55,702 bases of DNA, filler included, from Jimgerdemannia flammicorona (GCA_003990765.1; 2 parts of 2 records of this genome joined end to end with filler, not necessarily neighbours in it), one strand, 5' to 3'; positions 1-13,740 are shown, numbered from the whole stretch's first letter. A program made the numbers and translations. Notes: generated from the letters alone by a model not told the origin.

Positions 1-842
1 AACCTAGACTATATAGGCCAAAACCCTCCCCCACCACCCACCAAGCACTGCCCCCCCATTAACCTAGGCTAGCTATTGTCCAGCAGCTCAACCATACCAG
101 GCGCAGCAGGGCTAACATGCCCACACCTCATTCTGCGCACCATGCTCTCCCGACCACCAGGGGAAACCCAACCATATGCCAATGACCGAAAGCGCATGCC
201 TGAGAACCCAACATATGTACAAGGCCATGCCCGAGCTGAATAGAATAGCCCCTGCCACCCCAAAGAGAATGACAGGTAAATAAAAAACCCTCATCAAAGC
301 ACAATATGGTGGGTAGGGCCTAGTTCTCCCAGTCGAGGTGAGTAAAGGACTTACACGTGAGGCGGGAGGAAGCCCCCAATACCCCACTACTCAAGCCTGC
401 GGGCCTTGATCACGTTGCCGTGTCAGCTCTCAGTTCCAGTTGAGTGCAGCCAAGACGCCTGAAATGGGTAGCCTTGGGCCTCCTGACCCCCCCTGACGAC
501 TGAGGCCCAACTCCGCTGACTGCCAAAAGAAGCCAATAGTGACACCTACTACCTAACTGCGTCACACCAATCAAAAGGCCCCACCAAAGCAGCACCTGCC
601 CCAGCCCCGATGACCACCCCCAGCCTGGCACCCTACTGGTTCACCGTAATCGTCCTTCCGCCTATCTGTGACAGCCATCTCCCCTTCCATCCCGACAACA
701 CCCAAAAAGCAGTCACCTACACCAGAACTGTGCTTGCCAGGAAGCTCGCCAAAGCCAGAGGGCCCCACCACAGGCACCGAGGACCTGCAGGTAACCTACA
801 CTGAGCACTTGATGCCCAAGGTTGGCTGACTCCCTATGTAGC
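1..842. repeat. Unclassified interspersed repeat (copy 1; runs off the window start)
   Basis: Its reverse complement aligns colinearly with 32509-33345, e.g. GGGTTTTGGCCTATATAGTCTAGGTT vs GGGTTTTGGTCTATATAGTCTAGATT and CTTGGGCATCAA in both. No recognisable protein domain. Confidence 0.75.
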
Positions 843-2388
843 CCGAGATACACCTAGACAACTCCTTGTTGGTGATGGCAAAAGGAAGAAGGCGCCGCAC
901 CAAAACGGATATACCCCAGATGTAGCTGAAGGCACCAGAATCCGCGAAAAAGTGGAGGAAGCACCGATCCGACACCGATAAAGGGGCAACTCATCACCAT
1001 TGCCCTCCTCCCACCATGCCTCTGCAGGCACAGCAAACCAACCCGAGGTAGAGGGGGTAATAATAGGGGAAAGGGGACTCGGAAGGTCACCTACCAAACC
1101 TTGTGACCAGTAAGATAGCGGAGAAAGGAGCTGATTTTTGTTGACCATTTGTTAAGCTTGATGCTTGCAGGCTTCAAATACAGAATGAATACTAGTCGAC
1201 TACTTGTTGCTCGCAAAATCGTTGTTTTTATCCTCTTTGCCCTTGTCCATGTGTGACTCATTTATAAATTGATATTATCTGCTCTGGGCAAAGCTATCAT
1301 GAGTAATTTCTGATGCATTGCAAATGAATACAGCAAGCCTGTGGAATGATACTTGCTCTGTGATTAAAAGACTACAGCTATTGGTGGTAGGAATATCGAT
1401 GATATTAGAATCCGTATTTCTGATAGAGTATTCTATACCAAATGTCCGGTTCTTCATTTTTGCTACTTGTATAGACTTGAATAATATCGAAGATAGCAAG
1501 TTAATTATAAGAATAGGAATGCAAACCATATTGTTCCTCTTTCAAGCAAATTACTCACTTTGTTCAGATAATTTGACACTACCAATTATACATTTTTCCT
1601 CACATACGTCAGAGTTTGGCAACTGAAGTCAAAGTTTCAGCTTGGTATTACGATGTCAGATGGTTTCCATAAGAGCGACTTGAATTCTGTATACTTCATC
1701 CTTTTTAGACAATCACAAAGTCGGGGAATGTCTTCAATTCTAAAACTGATATCAGTCCTTATTGTATTTCTACAGTGTAATCCACAAAATAACTTGGGAA
1801 AGCAAGTACCTCCTCTGTGATTGATCCAGTGAGGAGAGAATACATATATATAACAAGAGGTGTTGTTTGGCCCGAAACAGTTTTCGAGTCTTTGGCCTTT
1901 GAGAGACATATCTGATAGCATCGCCTTGCAATAGTCATCATGAACGAGTTCCTCCAATGATATATTTGAAATGTTGGGTAAACTAATCGCACAACCAAGA
2001 AGTTTGGATGTGCGCAACAAAGTCACATAACTTATGGAAAGGTTTCAAATGATTAAATTGATACACGTGAATCTATTTCTTTATTTTCAGTATTTTTATC
2101 GGATGCGTGGTGTTCATCTAAGCCACCACTCACTCTTCTGATGACTTCTTGCCCTTTGGTGTTATATCTCCATGACTCTTTGATGACATCCCAAGTGAGA
2201 TCCTTGTTTGCATCCTTATGAATATAGATGACACCCGCAACATCCTCACTGCGAACGCGTCTGCCATTGCTTTGCAGACATCGTCCAGGATGACCATCTC
2301 AAGGCCTGCTGGCTGAAGAAGACAAAGTTCGGCACTCACAAAGCTCTCGGCTCTGCTATTCTCAACACCCTCAATGCTGGCCTCAAGA

Positions 2389-2412
2389 CCCCCCCCCCCC
2401 CCCCCCCCCCCC
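2389..2412. repeat. Poly-C homopolymer
   Basis: Run of about 24 C read directly. Confidence 0.9.
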
Positions 2413-4825
2413 TGAACTTTGGTCAAGGCAGTAACATGTACCAATCACTCGAAGATGCCAGGATCCTCTAGCTATTCTGATGACATCCCGTGGGCATTCT
2501 CCGTGTATGAGCAGCTGTGGATCCATGCACCTCATCTATGGCCAATGGCAGAAATATGATGGGTTTGATGAAAGCCAAGGAGCCAACTGCAGTCTTCACT
2601 AGAGATGTGTTGATCAGAGATCATGTATGGGGATCAGTTTAATTTTGTTAAAATTAGAAGAGGTCAGTAGATAGCTGTGAGTGAGTGATGAGTATAGGTG
2701 TTTAGGAGGCCATAAATATAAAAAAAACCCCCTCTAGCCTGATCAAAATGGTAATGAGCTATTGTGTAGGTGTTTCAGAACCCAATGCTTTGATTATCGG
2801 AACACTTGGATCAGATATTCAACAATACGACATTCGTATATATCTATAATGTATATTTTCGTTTTTTATAAAAACACACTAGCTCCTTCTGCATCCCCAT
2901 GCTTCATTGTTATTAAGTTGTTGTGATAATTTACAAATATATAAAGTCTTTCAATGATAGAATACATGGAATAGTGACATATGTCAATCTAATCTACATG
3001 TTGCCAATCAAGTTAGATCAACCACAAGAAATAGTCGAAATCAGCCAACTTGGCCAGCACCCAGAAAGATGGCAGGGCTAATTATGCAAGAGATGCAAGA
3101 TTGTTGAGTCATGGTTTGGTCAGAGGTTTGGCTGGTAAAGCCAGAGCCAGAGATAGCCAAAAGTTTTAGCACAGTATACTATAAACTTAACCAAATGGTT
3201 CGGCGATATTATAGTCATTTTTGTAGGCTGAAATGATCTCATTGAAATCGAAATCTCTCTCATTATTGATATGTTTTGGCTAGCATGTCTCTGAAATGTA
3301 CTGCTATCATACCCGAATGAAGTTCAATAGTACAGGCTTTGGAATTCAAAAATCTGAACCCAGAGAACATGTATAGTATTCAAGACACTTCAAACATATT
3401 TTTCCAAATACATTTATACCCCACTTCTATGTCTTAGCATAACCCTGACTATCTTCTTGGTCTCATCTGTATACATCCTTGCCACCATTACATATGGTGG
3501 CCTCTGGCTCCTCGTTATCATCAAAATCATACCACAGCCCTCTTGTACTACTGCTGGCCATCATCAATGGCTATACAACCGAAGCGCTGTGATACCCATA
3601 TATGGACAAAAGCACTGAGGTAGCATCATAGCATTGGCCATGGTGGTAGACGCTGCACTGGTTGCGGACGATGGCAAATAGGAAGTTGGGGGATACTAAG
3701 ATGGTAGGATGGTAGTAGTATTGGTTGAGGGGGCGCCAGCGGGGAGACTGATTTTGGTGCCAGAGAATATAGAGTTAAAAGGAGAATGCCACGACTTGAC
3801 AGTTAACTACCCCTACAATCAAAATGCTCACTCTATCAATCTAGCTAACTCTGAATCAACTGGACAAAAACAGAACAAAGAAAAAACTCACCTGACCCAT
3901 CCTCTTCCTCCTCCGAAAATGCCAGATCCTCGATGTCAGCAGTACATACTTTCTCACAGCCTTCTTCATAATCCTCTTCCTCTTCTTTCTCCCATCCCCT
4001 CTCTCCTCTTTTGCCTTCGTCTCCATCTCTTTTTTCTTCATTAAACATACTGACTACCCCTACCACCAGCCTTGGCACCGTGTTTTTGATGATGCCAGTT
4101 GTCGATTCTGCTGCAACCTCCAACTCTGTCTCTACCTGTCTCCTCCTCCACCTCCTCCTCGAACTCCTCTTCCACATCGTGATCCAGCTTGAACAGTCAT
4201 CGTCCTCTTCCCAAGACTGGCCATCATCCTCCATCTACTCATCAACCTCCTCTATCACCCTTCCTGTGTCCTGTCCTCCCGTCCTATCCTTTCTTGTCTT
4301 CATCTTCCCACTTCTCCTCCTTCAATGCCCTCCCTATCCCCTGATCCCTGAAGCTCGCCATGATCTCGGTTTCATCCATTTTGAGGTTGGGTTGGCTACG
4401 CTGGCATGAGTCCTGGTTGCCCAAATGAGGCCGAGAAAGAGAGGTATACTCGATCGCAATGTTGATGCTGTCTGCAGCAGCTGATAGTATGGCCATTATG
4501 GGGACGATGAACTGCTATAGTTCGACCATAGGGCCAAAGGTATTCTGCTTGGAGCTGGGGGTGGATGAGCGCGGGGTGATGTGGACACCCACTGGAATCC
4601 CTGGTGAAGAAGTTAGTGGAGGACGATTTGGTCGCTAGCAAATATTGTTGGCTCATATGTTATCAAAGTTGTGGTAGAGGCGCTCGAGGAGGTGGATGGC
4701 CTGCTGCCGGGAGAAGCCACCAGTGGCAGAGAGGCGAAAATGTCACAGTAGATGGAGGCGTGGGCTGGATTGGACTTCTTGATGTGGTCATTATACTTGT
4801 CTAGATATACGGTAATGCAGATGGG

Positions 4826-5200
4826 TGCCGCGTATGAGCAGAAGCTCAATTATCTTGACATGGGTACTGGCTGTGCTGATGTGGAGGGCAGAGTTGTTCA
4901 ATGAGTTAATATGCATGGCTGATCAAATAATCTGGTAGACAATATAGTCCATGCCAGTGGCACAGGCGGCATGTAAGGGGCTTGACAGGTGAGGAGGCCT
5001 CACTCAGGCTGATGATCTCGGGAGTATGGAGTAGAGAGAAGTGTAACAATTAAGGATAGAGATGGCCCAGGGAAAATTCAGGTGTGACTGGTGCACATTC
5101 TTGGAGATCTTTCTGTCAATTTTGCAGGCTTGGGTATCGAGAAGGTAGGCGAAGAGGGTGCAATGACATCTGGAGGTGACCCAGTGTAGAAGAAGGTTGC
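4826..5200 (-). pseudogene. Ankyrin-repeat protein pseudogene fragment (probably part of a larger decayed gene at about 3845-5750)
   Basis: Minus-strand translation gives ankyrin-like units GNLLLHWVTSRCHCTLFAYLLD, SPLHAACATGMDYIV and NSALHISTASTHVKIIELLLIRG, with stops and frameshifts. A GT...CAG intron lies immediately upstream (about 5292-5201). Confidence 0.6.
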
Positions 5201-7012
5201 CTGTGAAGAATGGGAATGACCAAATGAGTGATAAAGTACTGAGTCAAAGCAATGAAATAAAAAGTGAAGACATCATATATCAATGTTTACCAGTGGCTAT
5301 ACAGACTACATACCCAAAGTTGATCGGCAGATTCACAAACCAGATTTCCGAACAGGGGATTTGGTAGTTCTCGGTGGCCAGAGACGTGAACATCAGAGCT
5401 GGTCTGCAGACTTTGTGATCAGTGATATGTGCCCTGACCCCCTACCGCCTTCGACTGACCTGCAAGTCTTGGAGTTCCTGTGTCACTGTTGTCTGTTATG
5501 CCACATCCTTGATGTCGGTGAGAAGCCACGCGTGTGCCTCCACCTGCTTATCAAGCTATATTGCCTGGTCCACCACCCTGGCGATGTTGTCCTCAGGTCC
5601 ACCATCGAAGAGAGTTTCTTGAAATTGTCTCGCAGGTCTTAGCATTTTCAGTGTCTCGGCTTCGAACTTGGAGTCTGTGACTTAAGTAAGTATGCATGGT
5701 GGGAGTCCAGTGGGCGACCGCTGGCAAGGTCAAAGATCAACTTGCATGTCTTGGTGGTGCTTTCCAAATCTGCGAGGGAGTTTTGTTTGTTTGGAGATGA
5801 GGGGGGGGGTTGACAAAAATGTGGAGAAACATAGAGATGAGTCTTGATCCAGCCAGCTTAAATAGAATAAAATAATCTCCGATAAAATAAAATAATGATA
5901 ATAATAATAACAGAAAACAGGAATAAAGAAATCAACTTCATCAATACACTGGATTTCTGTGCGGGTAGTTGGTGTAATCAATCTTCAAGTTCATTGTCTT
6001 GTCGATACGCTCCTGCTTCTCACTGACAATAATGCTGCTGTACACTGGTGTTGATAAAGTCACTGTGGATGAGGAAGAGGTTGACAAGTGGGATATTTTG
6101 GTAAATTCAAATTATTGAAGGCATGGTAAATGTAAGTGTGTGTGAGGGAGGAGATTTGCGTCAAGGTTGAATGATGGGGAAATAACAGAACAACCCCCCC
6201 CCCAAAAAAGGCTTACCTGACGAATGGATAGAGATCCTTATAGTCGAATAGATGTACAGGATCTGAACCTTGACTGCTGCTGCTGCTTTTGGGGTGCCGA
6301 TAAGCCGTTTTGTTGGCATAGGTTCAACTGGGCAGCATGGAGTCTGTTTACAGAGTATATCTCATGAGCCATAGCTAGTCGGCCCATCCAACCTCTCTCA
6401 TACCAGCATTCTCTTTCCCTCCTTGCTGTTATTGACCCCCACATGCACCTTATGCCAACCTCATTTGCTGTCATGTAATCGAGGCCAATGTTGGGGAGGT
6501 TGGTGATACACATACATAGGTTTTGGTGGCAAAGGTTCTTGAGGTACAGGAAGAGTAGAAGCAGTAGAGGTTTGAGAAGTATGGAAGATGTAAGGATGTG
6601 GCTTGTTATGTTACTGTGTCCTGTAAGGTATATATATTATATGTTTTAGAATTGATACATCCTAATCAAGGTTGTGAAATGATAGTGCAAGGGGTCCTTA
6701 CCACTCTATGTTCTATATGTATCCTCAAGACCTTGCTGTAGGTAGTCATGGATATTTGTTGATAAAGCCCAGATTTGGAATATTTAGATCCACACAAGGA
6801 AGGTGGCTATCACGTACTTTTAGGTTGTTCTGCAACATATTAAGAAACAGTCATGATACAAAGCTACAAATGCACTATACATTATAACCTTTTGCCTCAG
6901 GCCCCGTCATTCTTGAGTATACACATAACCCTTTGAATTCTTTGGAATGGCTCACTTTCCATTCAACCATTTTAATCTTGCTCATTCTTTTCTTCTCTGT
7001 CCAGACTTGACA

Positions 7013-7290
7013 ATGTCTGACTTCATTACCCTCAACTGCCTGGTCTATGGCAATAATTCAATTGAACATGCCTTCACAGTCAATTCACCAAGATGAAAAA
7101 CATTGATGAACTCGAGGACACCATCAAAGTGGAGAACCCATAGACATCCATGATAAGCCGAATGACAAGTTAAAACTGCTGACCCAGGAGATGACATCAA
7201 TAATCCACTCGATGGTGAGGATCTATTCATGTTTGATGAAATACAACAGCTCTACCCCGAACACTCAAAAAGACATATCACGTTGTCATC
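7013..7290 (+). pseudogene. Crinkler (CRN)-type N-terminal ubiquitin-like domain, frameshifted; further decayed exons probably extend to about 8394
   Basis: ATG 7013: MSDFITLNCLVYGNNSIEHAFTV / KNIDELEDTIKVENP / DLFMFDEIQQLYPEHSKRHI(H)VVI. This fits the CRN header pattern (L-x-C-L-V-x-G ... F-x-V ... L-x3-I-K ... I-H-V/I-V-I) after two frameshift repairs. Confidence 0.6.
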
Positions 7291-10200
7291 ATACCATCTA
7301 TCATATGTGATGGGAAACAAGTTTCAAGAAGTGGAAATTAAAGGAGTGCTAGTTGCCTGTATGGTATGTTATCTCTTTATGATTCACATAAAGCAAGGGG
7401 TGTCTTGATAACAGTATATTGTGCTCTTAAATTGTAATTATGTCCGAAGCGCAAGCCATTCAAGTGGCCCGTGAATTCGAGGATAGTGAGCTTCAAGGTG
7501 ATGTCTTTACAAAAGTCAAAAATGTGGTGCAACTTCACTATGGATTCGGGGACAGGTATGTTAAGAGTTTATGTCAAATGTTCAAATAATCACTATGTTC
7601 GTGGAAACCCATATATGCACCTTTTCCGATTTTATATCACTGGAGAAGGAAGTGAATACCTCTCCATATCAATTCTAATGCATTTTTATTTTACTTTTTT
7701 TTTTTTTTATATTCATCATAGAGTTTGCTTTATTGTATGGATTGGAGGACAATAACAACCCTCCGCTACATATTTCAAATGCAGTAAGTTGTCCCCCTCC
7801 CCATATTGTTCACCTTCATTAAATATCTGGATGCTAAAATGTGGATTGCCTTTTACTATCGCCATTATTGCAGGTTATATTGAATTGAAGAGCGAATTCT
7901 CTTGTGCAATCTCATAGTGAAGCAATAGGTAATGTAATTGCCTATACTGGGGAATACTGTTAGATAAAGTCTGTTACTTTTACTAACTCTCACATTATAT
8001 TAAATCATCTCAAATGAAGAGAGTGAGGTATCGAAATCTGAATATGCAAATTCTTCTCTGGTGATTGAAAATAGTATACAGTTCATCCACAAAGGAATAT
8101 CTTGGGTAAGAATGGACATTGACCTGCTTGATTCTGCAATGTGGATAGTTGTGGGTGTAACAGGAAACTGCTGGTTGAGGAATCGCTTTCTTATTCTTTT
8201 TTATATGATAAACATTTGCAACTTACCCTCAATCATCCTCCCCTCTCTCTCCTTTGATAGATAAATTTCTTGAAGGCAACATAGTGTAATAATATCAGAA
8301 AACACAAGTATCAAAGTATATTCATCAATTACAGGGGGATGATTGTATATCTCGCACTTGTGATATTCTCGATATAATGCACCATTGCTTACAGGTATGA
8401 CAATCCTTCGCCATCATTGTTGTGACATCATATTCTAAACCCATGTCCTGTCTGTATGTCTTTCACATCTACTATTTTTTTCTGACCACCCATTTTCTTG
8501 GTATTTTACTTCTCTCTGGTTGCATGTATTTGTATTGTTAACATTTTTATGTTCTTCCATGTTTTGGTCATAGGCTGATTTAGCACTAGACATTCACTGC
8601 ACAGGGGTTGAAATATACAAAGTACTAATAAATATATACATCTAGTATTTTTAATTTGCGAGCCCACGTTCTTTTCCACAATGTTGATGGAAAGATATCC
8701 AGTACATACTGCCATGTAAATTGAATATTTGGAACAGGCCTTCCATCTGATAACTATCGCAACTTGACTAACTCTGTTTTTCTATCAATAGCTTATTTGT
8801 CTACTAGCAGTAAGAAGGGTCAAAGAACAAACCTTCATAAATATAAATATACAATATGCTAAGCAAGGAGTTGTAACTTCTCGGTTCCGAATTTTTTAAT
8901 GATGATATGGCTTGTATTTTGAAAATCATTGAGGATAATTGCCTTGTCATGAGTATCCACATATTGACATCCCATCCCCCAAACTAATGCCCTCCTCTAG
9001 CTCATATGCTTCAATCAATCTCGCTTCATGCATCTCTATATCCTCACTTGCCTTCTGGAAGCTATGCAACTGGGTCTCATTATATCTAAATTCACCTCGA
9101 TCTTGGTTGGATATCCCGAGGCCCATAGTACTCCTCCATATCTACAGACTTTCCAAGTCGTCTGTCCATGCGGCACTGGCCTCTCCAAAATAATACAAGT
9201 GATGAAATGGAAAACATAATTGAATCGTCACCTGCTGCCCAGGCCATTATATGCACTGTCCTCAAGGCCCTTTATCCTGGTCTCGCACTCCACTACCGAC
9301 GCTGAGGTTTATCACCCCGACCATGCCACCTTTCACTTGTCTGATGGCCAAAGCCCATTTTGGTACTGGAGGACTGGCTCACATGACTCAAGTATGAGAA
9401 TGTGTTCTTTATGGCCTTTCAAGTTTTTCAGTGCTATTTTGGAATTGATGTGATAAGTTGGAGTTTGCATGTGTCATTTGCGATTTGTTTTCTTCCATCT
9501 CCACAGATCATCCACCAGAGTCTGATCTAGTTTATCGAGCATATTGTCATCACCTTCCTTTGCACCATCTTTGCAGTCATGCAGATCATGGAGATGAAAT
9601 GGTACAGATCGTAGATAGTTGACAGTTTTAAAGCATATGAGGACTGAATATATGTGATCCCTTCGACTTGACTCCCCATTAACTCAACAACTTACCCCTC
9701 TAGGTGGAACATCATCAGCAGCATCGGCCAGACCTATGGCATCACAGTCATCATCCTTATAGGGTTCAATATCACATGCCAGTACAAGATCAGCCTTGTC
9801 ATATTCACAGTTGCATTTGGAGGGAGGAAGGTTTCTTGAGTTGGTATAGTTAAAGTAGTGATGGGTGTTTTGTAGATTTAATGTTGACTTTAACCTCCAT
9901 TTCTGTTTCGATCTGGATTTGCAGTTTGGCTGAAATGTCTACAAGTAGATTGGTGCTGATGTTGAGATACAAAGTATATACATGATCTCCCTCTTCCTGT
10001 CATCATGCCTATCTAAAAACCCATTTCCTCTATTGTTCCAGATGCCTTTCACATCTACCAGATTTTTGTATTTCTGCTCAAGCTAGATGCCTTCTTCAAG
10101 CTTGTCTTCATTGTCTTCTGGTTGGCTGTCATGGCTGAGACAGTTATATGACCTCACAGGGCCCAGTCCTTGTTGCCATATTCATAATTCATGTTGTGCT

Positions 10201-11386
10201 ACATGCACTCAATTTTCCGGTACTGTTTCTGGTGAGGAGGATGGTGGGTGTTGCAGTTGTAATTTGCTTTGTGTGTTGGGAGTGTCATGGTGTTTTAGGT
10301 TCTCACATTCTGAATTCACTTAGATACATTTAGGTCGAGACAGAATCTGTGCCACTCATCGCCCTCTTCCTGTTCTTCCTCTCCATTTTTATTGTCGACT
10401 TCTAGTCCAATACCCAGTGGGAGTTTTGAACTTTTGTAGGTATGGCACGTGGAGGGAGAGGGAAGGAGGGACAAAAGGAAGGTTCAAGCTGAGACTACTG
10501 CAGTTAAAGGAGAGGTTGTTAGACTTGAAGGGGAAGATTGAAGAGATGGCAAGGACTATCGGCAAGATGCAGGCATTGTTGGAGCCTGTGAGGAAGACCT
10601 TGTTGAAGCCGAGCTTCATAGAGAAGGTGCAGAGCAGGTTCGAGGGGTATATGACACATTTGGTGTGAGTTACAGTTTATTATTCATTTTATCCATGCAT
10701 TCGACATTGGATTGTGAACTTACCCTTCTCTATTCCAGCGCAAAATTATCGACACTCTCATCATAGAACTATGCTCTCAAACATTGTGTCGAGATTAATT
10801 AATAAATTCGATTGCATTTTTCTCTGTGAAATACTTGATGACATACTGCTCGATGAAATGGTCGAGTGACCAGGTGATCTTATGGATAGCTCCTTGGAGT
10901 AAATTTCTTAAGTGTGAAATGAGGAAGGCATTCCTGTTATAATTACAATGCTACTCTAATTGGGTAGTGATGACATGACAATTAGGTGACAATATGACAA
11001 TTATGTCAGTTCAAAACAAACTCATGATAGTATCAGGCCCACAATTTGTTCAGTTTGTAGAAGGAATATAGCAGGTGGACCTCTATTAGAAAGATTACAT
11101 GCTGGTATGACACAAAGTTACATAGTTGAATACAATCACCTTACCGACTTGAACCAACTGGGCTGCAAACCAACAGCTTCTACATCTCTATACAGATAAG
11201 TATGGTGAATCTTGTATAATCTTCGAAATCCGAAAAACCTACTAACTTTAGTTTTGACCTCTGGTTTTGGTTGCTTTTAAGCCAACTGATGAGCCCCTTG
11301 AGCAAGGAATTTTCGGACATGTCAAACAAACACGATCTTGCTGATGATGGTTATATTTGAACACTAGTCACTTAAAAAAATTCCAT

Positions 11387-13065
11387 GGTGTCCAGTGAGT
11401 ACTTGATACTGAGGTCAGATCTCAGTGCAATTCTTGCATAATGTTCCTTGGGGATTTCAACTGCAAGGCTAGTTGGAATGAGCCTTCTTTCATGAGCAGG
11501 AACAGTGACTTGTTGTATAGCTTGAAGGTCTAAACCAATGGCTCCTTCTGACTATAGCTAAGAAATCTGAGCCTTGAGGTTGACTTGTATGAAATTGAGT
11601 ACAACTTCTTAGTCAACTGGTTGACCTTGGGTATCTTTGAACAGGACTAGAATCCTCTTAGACTTAGTAGTCTTTTTGGAATATTTAGTAGCAATGTGGC
11701 CAGACTAATAGCAAAAGAAGTAGGCTTCAGCCTTCTTAAGATACTCCTTTTCCTCAGGTATAAGTTTGCTCTTCTTGTTCTTATTGATAGTATCCAAGTT
11801 CATGAGGGCAGATCCAATAGTTCTGACTTTGGTTTTCTCTCTTCTATAGTTATTGTTGAATGGCAGTCCCTTCTATTCAAAGTAGTGATTATAGGTAATA
11901 ATATCAAACCTATTAGCAATTTTCATTATCATGTCTAGGTCTTTGAATTCTTCAAGTTTGATATGAACTCAGGTTTGTCCTTTCAGACCTCAGATATACT
12001 TATTGATCTTATTATCTTCAGTAACATAGTAGCTCTAGTAAAATAGATATTATATACTTATACAGACTTAAGTTATTTGATATTTACTAGATAGTTTTAT
12101 ATAGTCTTGATACTATTGATTAGTTTGAATTGACCTTGAATGGCATCTGAGAATTCACTCCAAGTCTTGATTCAGTCAGAGAATCTGGTATTCTGAATAT
12201 GATTTTATTACCAGATTATAGTATTTTCTCAAAAGAGTATAGTAGTAAATTGAACTAGTATTGCTTCTTTCAAATTAGTCAGTTCACTATATTGCTTCAA
12301 TTGAAAAAGTCAAGTATTAATAGATAGTCCTCCTCTTTGGTCATCAAAGGTATCAGGCCTCTGAGGCTTGATGGTGACTACTGTTAGAGATATTGATATT
12401 AGTATAGATATAGACTAAGTAGGGGCCTTATTGTTCAATTTGTCTAAGTAATCTTAAAGTTGGAAAATCTGAGTTAATATAGTATGCAAAAAACTTTCAA
12501 TAGATCTAATTGACTAATTGGGGATCAGCTATTTATTCTCTTCTTCTTGCTAATTATAGAAGATATTCTATAAGATATAGATATTATAGAAGTTTCTATC
12601 TTAGTCATTGATATCTATAATATTGTAACTGATACTTGAGAGGTTTCTTATTTAGACAAAGTATAACTTAATCACTGCTATTAAGTATAATGGTTCTGGT
12701 TTCTAAATAAGGAAGTAACTTATTCTAGAAGTTTCTAAATAGCTTAATAGTTACTTGAAGTTCTGAAAGATCTTATAAGTTCTGAGAGAAAATATTTTAA
12801 GCTTTATTCATAAGAACAAAGGGAATATTTATATCAGATCTGAAGAAAAATCTAAGAAATCAAAGGAAATACCAAGAGGAAAGTTCTCAGCAAAGATGAT
12901 AAATAAAGTTCTATAGATTTCCATAAAGTTTCATAACTAGCTAAAAATATTCTAACTAAAGCTTAGTGCTAAAAAAGAATTTCTAAGCATTCAGAAAGTA
13001 CTAGAAGGTTATAGAATATTTAAGAAAGATAAAGAAAAAGAAGTAAATTACACTGAAATATTATA
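11387..13065 (-). mobile_element. Truncated Ty3/Gypsy LTR retrotransposon: 5' LTR, gag, CCHC knuckle, N-terminal half of dUTPase
   Basis: Colinear with the element at 14577-16620. Degenerate knuckle (AYFFCY*SGHIATKY) continues in frame into EGAIGLDL...IPTSLAVEIPKEHYARIALRSDLS. Breaks off at about 11387. Many stops arise from C>T changes. Confidence 0.85.
12624..13065 (-). repeat. 5' LTR of the minus-strand Gypsy-dUTPase element
   Basis: Reverse-complement homologue of 14577-15041. Begins TATAATAT (from TGTAATAT) and ends ...CAGTTACA. Confidence 0.8.
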
Positions 13066-13420
13066 TTAATACTATAAAGATCAGAGTTGAAAATACTATA
13101 TTAAAGGAGTAAAGTAGGCCATAATCAAAACTTACTATAAAAGCTATATATCTCTATAAATTTCTAGTCAAAGTTTAGATAAATATATTGAAGAATTTCG
13201 CTTATTATATATATTAAAGCAGAAAGAGGAAAAGAGAGTAATTAGCAGTGAAAAATCTACTATTAATAAATATAGAACTGTCATCAATAGATAAACTCAG
13301 TATTTATCTAATTAGTAATTAAGTAGTTCTACTAGAGAGTATAGAGATACTCAACTAGTAGAAGATGAATTATTATTTTCCAAAGAGGTAGCCAGTAGAC
13401 AAGACTGATAGTCAATTTTA
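13066..13420 (+). mobile_element. Heavily decayed hAT transposase C-terminal fragment (older copy of the family at 17841)
   Basis: Aligns to about 21180-21490 through C>T/G>A changes: TACTATAAAGATCAG vs TACCACAAAGATCAG; GCAGAAAGAGGAA in both; CTCAACTAGTAGAAG vs CTCAACTGGTGGAAG. Confidence 0.75.
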
Positions 13421-13508
13421 ATTAATTTAATTTTTGAGATATATATATATATATAGATAAACAGATATATCAAATGGATTTTTCTAATCTATATAATATA
13501 GTATGAGA

Positions 13509-13740
13509 TAGTACTTATAAATAAATCAAATGAAATCAAGTTGAATTGAATGGGAGATCTGAAAAGTCAAATTAAATTGGGATTTTTTCAAGTTAAATAA
13601 AAGTCGAATCAAATGGAAGTTGAATCAAATAGAGCTTTAATTTGATTAGGGTTGAATTGAATGGAGCCTCGATTTGATTAGGATTGAATTGAATAGAGCC
13701 TTAATTTGATTAGGGTTGAATCAAATGGAGGCTTTATTTA
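13509..13740 (+). mobile_element. Decayed hAT/MITE terminus with GAATC-derived subterminal repeats
   Basis: Starts TAGTACTT (cf. TIR TAGTGCTC), followed by degenerate GAATC/GAATT pentamers and about four copies of a TTTGATTAGGGTTGAATTGAATGGAGCC-like unit. The other end was not found. Confidence 0.5.

Noticed and set aside
455..530. Hammerhead-ribozyme-like CTGACGA near a GAAA and a hairpin
   Set aside because: Stems I-III cannot be formed in register around the core motifs.
905..965. Minus-strand FFADSGAFSY, resembling an aspartic-protease or TGT-like motif
   Set aside because: Isolated short match in a frame with nearby stops and no supporting downstream motifs.
1275..2100. ORFs of 80-130 aa on both strands
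   Set aside because: No recognisable domain or coherent gene model; probably a decayed remnant.
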